Shown piece after piece: positions 28,614-36,655 of a DNA stretch of 55,440 bases. Origin of the DNA: an uncultured virus (IMG/VR IMGVR_UViG_3300042295_000410) (lineage: Duplodnaviria > Heunggongvirae > Uroviricota > Caudoviricetes); the IMG/VR virus record IMGVR_UViG_3300042295_000410; one strand, given 5' to 3'. Each line of letters starts with the position of its first letter. The first letter of the stretch is position 1. The notes under the pieces were generated by a model. The model was not told where the DNA came from and searched no databases. It saw only the letters and a list, made by a program, of their open reading frames with translations. Position numbers and translations under genes: made by a program.

Positions 28614-29720
28614 ATGACATATTTTTTGAAATCTGGTACACGATTTAATGTTTCCACTAAGGAAGCAATGGATCTACATGAGCAACTGCCTGTTGGCAAC
28701 TACACTGTTAAATTTGACAAGATGGCTGGCTGTTTCTATCTTGAAGCGATCGAAAGCTTCGAGATCCGCGGCAAGGTATACGGAGATACTCGCAAGCAGA
28801 GCCAACGTATTCTCAATACTTTCAATGACCGTACTGCATCCACTGGTGTAATGCTTACTGGTGAAAAAGGTTCGGGCAAGACACTGTTAGCCAAACTGTT
28901 GGCAGTCACTGCCGCAGAAGCGGCGGTGCCAACAATTGTTATCAACGAGCCATGGTGCGGTGAAGGCTTTAACAGCTTCATGCAGATGATTGAGCAACCC
29001 ACAGTGATCCTATTTGACGAGTTTGAAAAGGTCTACGACAAGGATGACCAGGAAAAGATGCTGACACTATTGGACGGTGTATATCCCTCCAAGAAGCTGT
29101 TCATTCTAACCTGTAACGACAAGTGGCGCATTGACAGCCACATGCGAAACCGTCCTGGTCGTATCTTCTACTCACTGGACTTCAAAGGTCTGGAACAAGA
29201 CTTCATTATGGAGTACTGTGCAGACAATCTGGACAATGTTGATCATATCGCCAGTGTATGCCGAGTTGCGGCAATGTTTGATCAGTTCAACTTTGACATG
29301 CTGAAGGCATTGGTTGAAGAAATGAATCGATACAAAGAAACTGCCAGCGAAGCTATGCGTATGCTCAACGCCAAGCCAGAGTTCGGTGGTGACAGCAAGT
29401 ACAAGGTTGCCCTGCAGATCAAAGGCCTAGACATTAATCCGGAGTTGATTGAGCAAGAAGTCTGGACAGGCAATCCACTGACCAATCGTGTCAGCATTGA
29501 CTACAAGGTCTTTGAAGATGCAAAGAGTGCTGAGCCAGCACTCGACGGTCTGGCTTCTATTGAAACAGACTGGAATTGGGAAGATGCTCGATTTGGTCAA
29601 GAAGATCTCAAGCAGATTGATGCAACTGCTGGTAAGTTTGTTTTCATTAACGAGGACGGTGACCGTGTGACACTGAACCGCATTAAAGAAAAGTACTACA
29701 ACTACATGGATGCATTTTAA
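28614..29720 (+). CDS. AAA+ ATPase
   Basis: GEKGSGKT, LFDEFEK, RPGR. Confidence 0.9.
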   Translation: MTYFLKSGTRFNVSTKEAMDLHEQLPVGNYTVKFDKMAGCFYLEAIESFEIRGKVYGDTRKQSQRILNTFNDRTASTGVMLTGEKGSGKTLLAKLLAVTAAEAAVPTIVINEPWCGEGFNSFMQMIEQPTVILFDEFEKVYDKDDQEKMLTLLDGVYPSKKLFILTCNDKWRIDSHMRNRPGRIFYSLDFKGLEQDFIMEYCADNLDNVDHIASVCRVAAMFDQFNFDMLKALVEEMNRYKETASEAMRMLNAKPEFGGDSKYKVALQIKGLDINPELIEQEVWTGNPLTNRVSIDYKVFEDAKSAEPALDGLASIETDWNWEDARFGQEDLKQIDATAGKFVFINEDGDRVTLNRIKEKYYNYMDAF

Positions 29721-29758
29721 AATCATCTAGATTTTGGCTATTATAGTGCATATTTTTG

Positions 29759-29787
29759 TTGACAAGATAATTATATGACACTATAAT
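29759..29787 (+). promoter_or_regulatory. sigma70 promoter of the ncRNA-DUF2828 operon
   Basis: TTGACA-17-TATAAT. Confidence 0.88.
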
Positions 29788-29822
29788 AGATATATAGCAA
29801 GGAAACTTGTTAAAAGAAGTTT

Positions 29823-29987
29823 TAGGTTAGGTGCAGCAATTTTCATTTAATATGGACTGCTAGACCCTATGGTGTTGAATTGGAGCACAGAGTCTTGACC
29901 GAGTGCGTTGAAGAGTCAACATTGAAATAGACTAGCGAGCTCAGAGTGGTGGCCTGAGTTGAATAAAAGCAGCCGACAACTAACCTG
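29823..29987 (+). ncRNA. CAGCAA-box RNA copy 1 (165 nt, multi-branched insert)
   Basis: AGGTTAG/CTAACCT stem, GTG, CAGCAA; internal helices. Confidence 0.7.
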
Positions 29988-30048
29988 TTTTATTTTATAG
30001 CACTACAACTGAATTGAACCTCAGACGAACGTGTGCTATAATTGATCC

Positions 30049-30287
30049 TAGGATGGATTCAGCAATTAAAACAATACTAAAGTTAAATGCCATAGAAAGT
30101 GGTTGTAGGACACAGTGGAGATACTGTTCTAGGAAACTAGACACTCAAGGAATGGATGACACAAGGGAAAGACTTTGTATGTTTCTAACGCAGACACAAG
30201 TTTAGATAGTCAACATGAATTGTCGATAGGGTCTGGGTGCTATAATTGGCCAGACCAGAAAATAAACAAATTGGCACACCCATCCTG
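30049..30287 (+). ncRNA. CAGCAA-box RNA copy 2 (239 nt, multi-branched insert)
   Basis: AGGATGG/CCATCCT stem, ATT, CAGCAA; internal hairpins. Confidence 0.7.
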
Positions 30288-30293
30288 CTTGTA

Positions 30294-30335
30294 TAGGTTA
30301 TATACAGCAAAATTTTTTAATTTAAAAGTAACCTG
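30294..30335 (+). ncRNA. CAGCAA-box RNA copy 3 (minimal, abuts SD of DUF2828 gene)
   Basis: AGGTTAT/GTAACCT stem, ATA, CAGCAA; AAGGA SD follows immediately. Confidence 0.7.
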
Positions 30336-30347
30336 AAGGAAAATAAA

Positions 30348-31745
30348 ATGAACGCATTTGTAGAAGCGGTTAAGTCCGTTCCAGTTGAATCTCGTACCGC
30401 AAACGGTATGAAGACTTTTGAATCTAGCAAGAGTGATCTTGTAGATTTGTTCTTTGCCATTGGTGCAAGCCGTGGTAAGGATTTGAGCACTCAGTTTGCT
30501 CGCGCACTAGCACAAGACGAAACTCTTGCTCTACGTCTTTTGATGTGGGCTCGTGACGTCCGTGGTGGTGCAGGCGAACGTGAAGTTGTTCGTAAGATTC
30601 TTTTGAATCTTGAAAAGACCAACCCTAAGGCGCTTGCCCGTATTTTGCCACACCTGGCTGAATTCGGTCGTTGGGACGACCTGTTGATCTTTACTTCTAA
30701 GGAAGTGAAGGCACAAGCATTTACCCTAATCGGTGATGCGCTACGTGCAAGCAACGGGCTGGCCGCAAAGTGGATGCCACGTCAAGGTGCGTTGGCTGCT
30801 GAAATCCGCACCTTCTTCGGAATGAGCCCAAAGTTCTACCGTAAGAGTTTGGTTAACTTGAGCAAGACAGTTGAACAGAACATGTGTGCAAACACTTGGG
30901 ATGACATCAACTATAGCCACGTACCATCGTTGGCGGCTGCTCGATACCAAAAGGCTTTTAAGAAGCACGACCCTGTAGGCTATGATGCTTACAAGGCAAA
31001 GTTGGTTACTGGTGACGCAAAGGTTAACGCTTCGGCTGTTTACCCATATGACGTTATCAAGAGCCACAAGTTTGGTGGTGACGCCACTGTTGTGCAAGCA
31101 CAATGGGATGCATTGCCAAACTACATCGGTGATGAACTGGTGTTGCCAATGTGTGACGTGTCTGGCTCTATGAGCTCTCCAGTTGGCGGAAACGCTAACT
31201 TGACCTGTATGGATGTTTGCGTTAGTTTGGGCTTGTACCTTGCTGACAAGAACACTGGTCCATTCAAGGACATGTTTTTGACCTTCTCTACCAAGAGCAA
31301 GATCGAAATCTTGAAGGGTAACCTGTTGAGCAAGTTGGCTCAACTACAACGTGCAGAATGGGACATGAGTACTAATCTACACGCCGCATTTAACACTGTG
31401 CTTGACTTCGCAGTCAAGGGCAATGTTGATGCAAAGGATATGCCAAAGTATATCCTTATCATGAGTGATATGGAATTCAATTACTGTGCTCGTCACGACG
31501 ACTCGGCAATGGAAATGATCGCTCGTAAGTATGAAGCGGCAGGATACACTGTTCCCAACATTGTATTCTGGAACTTGAATGCTCGTGCTGGCAACGTTCC
31601 AGTTAAGCATGACAAGAAGGGTGTTGCCCTTGTTAGCGGATTCAGCCCTGCTATCATGAAGAGCATCCTAAGCGCCGAATCGTTGGATCCAGTCAATGTA
31701 ATGTTGGCTACAATCAACGCTCCACGTTACGCTGTAATAGCGTAA
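30348..31745 (+). CDS. DUF2828 family protein (TROVE/Ro60-like helical domain + vWA)
   Basis: RDVRGGAGER, GRWDDL, AAKWMPR, MIDAS DVSGSM, SDMEF, IVFWNL, VSGFSP. Confidence 0.85.
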   Translation: MNAFVEAVKSVPVESRTANGMKTFESSKSDLVDLFFAIGASRGKDLSTQFARALAQDETLALRLLMWARDVRGGAGEREVVRKILLNLEKTNPKALARILPHLAEFGRWDDLLIFTSKEVKAQAFTLIGDALRASNGLAAKWMPRQGALAAEIRTFFGMSPKFYRKSLVNLSKTVEQNMCANTWDDINYSHVPSLAAARYQKAFKKHDPVGYDAYKAKLVTGDAKVNASAVYPYDVIKSHKFGGDATVVQAQWDALPNYIGDELVLPMCDVSGSMSSPVGGNANLTCMDVCVSLGLYLADKNTGPFKDMFLTFSTKSKIEILKGNLLSKLAQLQRAEWDMSTNLHAAFNTVLDFAVKGNVDAKDMPKYILIMSDMEFNYCARHDDSAMEMIARKYEAAGYTVPNIVFWNLNARAGNVPVKHDKKGVALVSGFSPAIMKSILSAESLDPVNVMLATINAPRYAVIA

Positions 31746-31752
31746 GTGTTTT

Positions 31753-31780
31753 AAAAGGACTCTTAGGAGTCCTTTTTTTT
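31753..31780. terminator. bidirectional intrinsic terminator
   Basis: AAAAGGACTC-TTAG-GAGTCCTTTTTTTT between convergent genes. Confidence 0.9.
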
Positions 31781-31782
31781 GG

Positions 31783-32208
31783 TTACTTAAACCAACCGAT
31801 CTTTTCGCCAGCAGCCTTTCTACGGTCGCTTTCTTCTTTGCTACCTGGATAACGACTGGCCCACAATAGTACCAATGCAAAGAATACGCCCATACCTGCT
31901 ACAGCTTTCCAGTTCTGTGTAGCAAACCACATAATAACTAAACTAGCATCCATGCAGATAAACATGATCCATTTTACCTTAGTTGGGTAAACTTTCCCGT
32001 CACGCCAGTTAGTAATGAACGGACCAAACAATTTGTGATTGAGCATATAGTTATGAAATCTTTCGCTACTTCGAGCAAAACAATAGGCAGCAATTAAACT
32101 AGGTGTGCTCCACGGGATTCCCGGCACTATGACTCCAATGTATGCGATTCCTAGAAATAGGATACCGGCTGTAAACCATAAATACTTTTTAATTTTTGTA
32201 AACATCAA
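31783..32208 (-). CDS. YbaN/DUF454 family membrane protein
   Basis: GVIVPGIPWSTP..IAAYCFARSSERFHNYMLNHKLFGPFI.NW. Confidence 0.85.
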   Translation of the reverse strand: MMFTKIKKYLWFTAGILFLGIAYIGVIVPGIPWSTPSLIAAYCFARSSERFHNYMLNHKLFGPFITNWRDGKVYPTKVKWIMFICMDASLVIMWFATQNWKAVAGMGVFFALVLLWASRYPGSKEESDRRKAAGEKIGWFK

Positions 32209-33403
32209 ATGCCTCCTTTAGGCTTTTAGCCAGATAATATATATCTGATTCTGTATGATTTGGCGTTGGCGTAAAACGTAAACGCTCTGTGCTCCACGGA
32301 ACTGTGGGATAATTTATAGGCTGCACATAAATGGCCTTTTCGTTCAACAACCAGTCACTGATTGCCTTACATTTCTTAACATCACGTATCATAACAGGGA
32401 CTATATGTCCACCTTCTGAGCTGAGATGTACTTCTAGTCCTGCATTTTTAAGATGTTCTCTTGTTGCCCCTGCAACTTCAAAAATTTTAGAACGCAAATC
32501 AGGATGGTCCTGAACCCATTTAACTGAAGCGAGTGCTCCTGCACATAATACAGGACTCATAGACGTTGAAAAAATAAATCCGTTAGCATAGCTACGAACC
32601 ATATCTATAAGATCTCTGCTACCTGCAACGTATCCTCCTTGTACACCAAATGCCTTGGCTAAAGTGCCTTGAATAACGTCTACTCCATCGACGCACCGCT
32701 GTTCTTCAGCGATGCCAGCACCTCTGTGACCATAGAGTCCCACAGCATGTACTTCGTCAACATATACCATTGCTCCATATAGTCGAGCAATATCGCATAC
32801 ATCGCTAACAAGTCCTCGATCTCCGTCCATACTATACACACCTTCCATGGCAATGATAGGTTGAATATCATCGGACAATGTGGATAAAATTTCTTTTAGA
32901 TGTGTAAGATCATTATGACGCCAAACAGTAATAGGTGCTTGACTAGATTTCATTCCTACAATCATGCTGTTGTGATTTTCACTGTCGCTGATATAATGAA
33001 CGTTTGGCAGCATCTTACCTAGTACTCCTAGGGTACTTTGATTGGCAACATAGCCACTGGTAAATGTCAATGCTGTAGTCTTGTCATGCAACTTGGCTAG
33101 TTCGTGTTCTAGTGCAACATGATAGTGACTAGTTCCGCTGATATTTCTTGTTCCACCGGACCCTGCTCCGGTAGTGTCTAATGCTGTATGCATGGCATCG
33201 ATTACCACTTTATGCTGACCCATTCCTAGATAATCGTTACTGCACCAGTTGGTTATATGTTTGATGTTATAACGTCCGTAATACATGGCTTTAGGAAAAC
33301 TTCCACGTTCACGTAGAATATCAGTAAATGTACGATAATTACCCTCTGTTTTAAGTTTTTCTAAACTTTGGGCAATAACATCTTGAGTTTTTGGCTTAAT
33401 CAT
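32189..33403 (-). CDS. hemA: 5-aminolevulinate synthase (Shemin/C4 pathway)
   Basis: WCSNDYLGM, GAGSGGTRNISG, FTSGYVAN, DEVHAVGLYG, GTLAKAFG, QPINYPTV. Confidence 0.93.
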   Translation of the reverse strand: MIKPKTQDVIAQSLEKLKTEGNYRTFTDILRERGSFPKAMYYGRYNIKHITNWCSNDYLGMGQHKVVIDAMHTALDTTGAGSGGTRNISGTSHYHVALEHELAKLHDKTTALTFTSGYVANQSTLGVLGKMLPNVHYISDSENHNSMIVGMKSSQAPITVWRHNDLTHLKEILSTLSDDIQPIIAMEGVYSMDGDRGLVSDVCDIARLYGAMVYVDEVHAVGLYGHRGAGIAEEQRCVDGVDVIQGTLAKAFGVQGGYVAGSRDLIDMVRSYANGFIFSTSMSPVLCAGALASVKWVQDHPDLRSKIFEVAGATREHLKNAGLEVHLSSEGGHIVPVMIRDVKKCKAISDWLLNEKAIYVQPINYPTVPWSTERLRFTPTPNHTESDIYYLAKSLKEAFDVYKN

Positions 33404-33417
33404 AATGTATGTATTTA

Positions 33418-33446
33418 TTGACAAAAAATTTAATTGAGTGTATAAT
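33418..33446 (+). promoter_or_regulatory. sigma70 promoter (leaderless), divergent from hemA
   Basis: TTGACA-17-TATAAT, ATG at 33454. Confidence 0.85.
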
Positions 33447-33453
33447 TACTATT

Positions 33454-34308
33454 ATGAAAATCAAAATTGTATCAGATCTACATTTGGAATTTAGTGATAT
33501 CACAATTCCAAATGATGAAGGCGCAGATGTGCTAATTCTTTCGGGTGATATTATGATCTCTCAGGATTTGCACGACCATCACGCCGCAGATTTTAGCCCC
33601 TACAGTAATGGAGCATTAGCTGATCTCGGTCGCAAGTTGCAACGAGTTGCTCGATTTCGTGATTTCCTGAAGCGGTGTGCCTTCCAGTTTCCGCATGTCT
33701 TCTACGTAGCTGGCAACCATGAGTTCTACAACGGTGGGTTCTACAAAGGTATTCAGTACCTGCGTGACGAATGCGCCAAACACTCTAACGTCTATTTCTT
33801 GGAAAAGGACACGAAGATCATCGATGATGTTGTGTTTGTAGGAGGTACTTTGTGGACTGATATGAACAAGGGTGACCCTATAACTCTTCACGCTGTTCGT
33901 GATATGATGAACGACTTCCGTATTATTAAAAACGATGAAAAAGGTTACACACCTTTGAAGCCTGCTGATACTGCTATTCGTCATCGTGAGACACTGCAAT
34001 ACATCAAACACATTGTCAGTGAGCACAAGGACAAAAAGTGTGTCGTTATTGGACATCATGCACCTAGCAAGATGAGCACACATGAGCAGTACAAATCTCA
34101 ATATCTCATGAACGGTGCTTATAGTAGTGATCTAAGTGAATTCATTATGGACCATCCGCAGATCAAATTGTGGACACACGGACATACGCATCACCCATTT
34201 GACTATGTCATTGGAGAGACTCGTATTGTTTGTAACCCTCGCGGATATGAAAGCGACGGATACTGTGAAGACAGCGGTTGGGACATTACAAAAATAGTGG
34301 AAGTATGA
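33454..34308 (+). CDS. calcineurin-like metallophosphoesterase
   Basis: SDLHLE, GD, GNHE, HH.P, GHTH, NPRGY. Confidence 0.92.
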   Translation: MKIKIVSDLHLEFSDITIPNDEGADVLILSGDIMISQDLHDHHAADFSPYSNGALADLGRKLQRVARFRDFLKRCAFQFPHVFYVAGNHEFYNGGFYKGIQYLRDECAKHSNVYFLEKDTKIIDDVVFVGGTLWTDMNKGDPITLHAVRDMMNDFRIIKNDEKGYTPLKPADTAIRHRETLQYIKHIVSEHKDKKCVVIGHHAPSKMSTHEQYKSQYLMNGAYSSDLSEFIMDHPQIKLWTHGHTHHPFDYVIGETRIVCNPRGYESDGYCEDSGWDITKIVEV

Positions 34309-34556
34309 GTAGTACTGTACGTATATCGTGGGTTCGTAAATATGATAACTCATTCTATTGGAATGAAGTATGTACATGGGCAATTGAATATTTTGGCCTG
34401 CCTGGGGGCAGATTCGAAACCCATGCCAATGTAAACTACATGGACTTTATTTTTAAAAGTAATAAGGATGCATTATTGATGGCGTTACACTGGAATGCCG
34501 AGATAGTGCCAAATGAACAAAAAACTGTGGAAACTTTTTCAAATTTCTCGCAGTAA
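34305..34556 (+). CDS. hypothetical protein
   Basis: 83 aa, ATGA overlap. Confidence 0.65.
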   Translation: MSSTVRISWVRKYDNSFYWNEVCTWAIEYFGLPGGRFETHANVNYMDFIFKSNKDALLMALHWNAEIVPNEQKTVETFSNFSQ

Positions 34557-34582
34557 TTTGATATTTCGTGTATAAATAATAT

Positions 34583-34659
34583 TGTAAGACGCCGTAAGGG
34601 TTTTACATTGAGGTATGGTACCTCAAAATGATTCTTGCTTATTAAGGAGAAAAACTATG
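34583..34659 (+). promoter_or_regulatory. ROSE-like RNA thermometer
   Basis: Two 5' hairpins, then TTCTT-G-CTT/AAGGAGAA helix with bulged G masking the SD of a sHSP gene. Confidence 0.7.
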
Positions 34660-35088
34660 AATCAACTCGCACGTTTCGACACCACCGCTCTAAATCAACT
34701 AAACAGAGCACTTATTGGATTTGATAGCCTTTTCAACGATGTTGAAAGACGATTTTCAAACTCCGTTCCTAACTATCCTCCATACAACGTTCTAAAGCAC
34801 GACGACAATTCTTTTGAAATTGAAGTTGCTGTTGCAGGATTTGATCGAGAGGATATCAGCATTGAGGTAGATCAAAGTCTACTTATTATTAAAGGCCAAC
34901 GCCAGAAAGAAGACGACACATCTAAGTATGTATATCGTGGACTAGCAGCTCGAGACTTCGAACGCACGTTTACTCTTGCAGAGCACATTATTGTGGGCAA
35001 TGCAGAATTGACAAACGGTATTTTAAGTGTTAAACTAACACGAGAAGTACCTGAAGCACTCAAGCCTCGCGTGATTGCAATCAAGTAA
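34657..35088 (+). CDS. small heat shock protein (Hsp20/IbpA-like)
   Basis: NYPPYN, EVAVAGF, YRGLAARDFERTFTL, NGIL. Confidence 0.93.
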   Translation: MNQLARFDTTALNQLNRALIGFDSLFNDVERRFSNSVPNYPPYNVLKHDDNSFEIEVAVAGFDREDISIEVDQSLLIIKGQRQKEDDTSKYVYRGLAARDFERTFTLAEHIIVGNAELTNGILSVKLTREVPEALKPRVIAIK

Positions 35089-35130
35089 TATAACCCAGGG
35101 GGAGGCAACTCCCCGTCCAATAGGAATAAT

Positions 35131-35448
35131 ATGGCATCTGATACAATTATCGAAAAAGACACAAAAACTATTTCTAAAAATAAGGAAAAAAGTCAAGAAC
35201 CTACTAGGTACAAAGTCATTGTTTGCAACGACGATGTTACTCCTGTTGAATTTGTAATATCCATGCTAGTTGCTGTGTTTAGACATAGTGAAAAAAGTTC
35301 TCTTGAATTGACTTTAAAGATACATAACAACGGACACGCTGTTGTAGGAATCTATAGTTATGAAGTTGCAGACCAAAAAGGAATCGATGCTACCAATCTT
35401 GCTCGTACTAATGGATTCCCTTTGATAATTAAAGTAGAACCAGAATGA
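35131..35448 (+). CDS. clpS: Clp protease adaptor ClpS
   Basis: YKVIVCNDDVTPVEFV, IHNNG, GFPL. Confidence 0.9.
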   Translation: MASDTIIEKDTKTISKNKEKSQEPTRYKVIVCNDDVTPVEFVISMLVAVFRHSEKSSLELTLKIHNNGHAVVGIYSYEVADQKGIDATNLARTNGFPLIIKVEPE

Positions 35449-35456
35449 GGATTTAA

Positions 35457-35993
35457 ATGAGCTTAAAAGATTTAACCAGTGCTAAACATGCAGAGGCTGA
35501 ATCTACTCCGTTTATGAAGGCAGTGTTTGCACAAACCCTGCCTTTTGATTTGTGGGTAGATTGGACATATCAAAAGTGGCTATTCTATGGAGCCATTGAA
35601 GGTGCCGCAGGGGCCAATCGATTGTTAGGAGACTTGCCAGACTTACGCCGTGCATTTTATCTAGCAATGGATTATCAAGAAATGAACGGGGACAATCCCC
35701 GCCATGAGTTCCGTCATATCGTTGTTGACTATTACAATTACATTCTAAGCATTAGTAAAGATCCTAACAAGATTATGGCACACTTGTATACATGGCACAT
35801 GGGTGACATGTTCGGTGGCCAAATGATTAAGAAGATTGTTCCGGGCGCACATCGTAACTTAGAGTTCGAAGATCCCCGAACACTGATGACCAATATTCGT
35901 GCCAAGCTGGACGACAGCATGGGCGATGAAGCCAATGTGGCCTTTGATTGGGCAATACGAATGATGAGGGACTATGACAGTAGTTTGGGATAA
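35457..35993 (+). CDS. hemO: heme oxygenase (HemO-like)
   Basis: LKDLT..KH.EAE, AHLYTWHMGDMFGGQ, EANVAF. Confidence 0.88.
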   Translation: MSLKDLTSAKHAEAESTPFMKAVFAQTLPFDLWVDWTYQKWLFYGAIEGAAGANRLLGDLPDLRRAFYLAMDYQEMNGDNPRHEFRHIVVDYYNYILSISKDPNKIMAHLYTWHMGDMFGGQMIKKIVPGAHRNLEFEDPRTLMTNIRAKLDDSMGDEANVAFDWAIRMMRDYDSSLG

Positions 35994-36645
35994 GGTTAGT
36001 AAACTAGCCGCTGATATTACAGAAAGATTTAATGTTGTCGGGGAACAGATTAATTCCCCGTCTGCACATCAATATGGTTGGCATAATACTCTATGGTCCA
36101 GTAACCAATTCCGCAGAGCACATGTTGAAATTGTAGATTTCCGTGAGACCTACAATATCTACATATTACATGTCACAGTATTTCCGCACTTCAACGATCC
36201 TAGCCCTATCTATGGGTTTGATGCTGTATGCGGCCCAAACAAAATAACAGGTGCGTTTCACGACTTCAGTCACGCTGGTGATCCTAATAGTTTTATGTAT
36301 TTGTGGTTTAAAGCTCAGGTGCATGGACTAGAATGGAACAAGCCTAGACAATTACCCGAGTGGGCACAACAGATCTTCAGTCCTGCTATGGTAGCTGCTG
36401 GTAATCTACAAGACGAAGCTGAAATAGACCAACTATGCAATACAGCATTAACCACATTAGATTTCTATCTAAAGAATGTAGGAATAGAACAACAAAGTGG
36501 TGCTGATTATCACATGGCACAAAATCGTTATTGCCATTATCAGAAACAGAATCCCCATGTGATCAAAAGTATGATTAGTATGGGCATATCTGAACCTACT
36601 ATGAAGAAATTCGTACAGGAAATCTTATTCCCGGAATTTCACTAA
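35974..36645 (+). CDS. pcyX: ferredoxin-dependent bilin reductase (PcyX/PcyA-like)
   Basis: FRRAHVE, ILHVTVFP, PIYGFD, HDFS, LPEWA..IFS, QNRYC..QKQNPH; follows heme oxygenase. Confidence 0.8.
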   Translation: MTVVWDKVSKLAADITERFNVVGEQINSPSAHQYGWHNTLWSSNQFRRAHVEIVDFRETYNIYILHVTVFPHFNDPSPIYGFDAVCGPNKITGAFHDFSHAGDPNSFMYLWFKAQVHGLEWNKPRQLPEWAQQIFSPAMVAAGNLQDEAEIDQLCNTALTTLDFYLKNVGIEQQSGADYHMAQNRYCHYQKQNPHVIKSMISMGISEPTMKKFVQEILFPEFH

Positions 36646-36655
36646 ATACTCTATT

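Noticed and set aside
30014..30205. 63-aa ORF upstream of DUF2828
   Set aside because: Non-ATG start without SD and lies within the structured CAGCAA-box RNA
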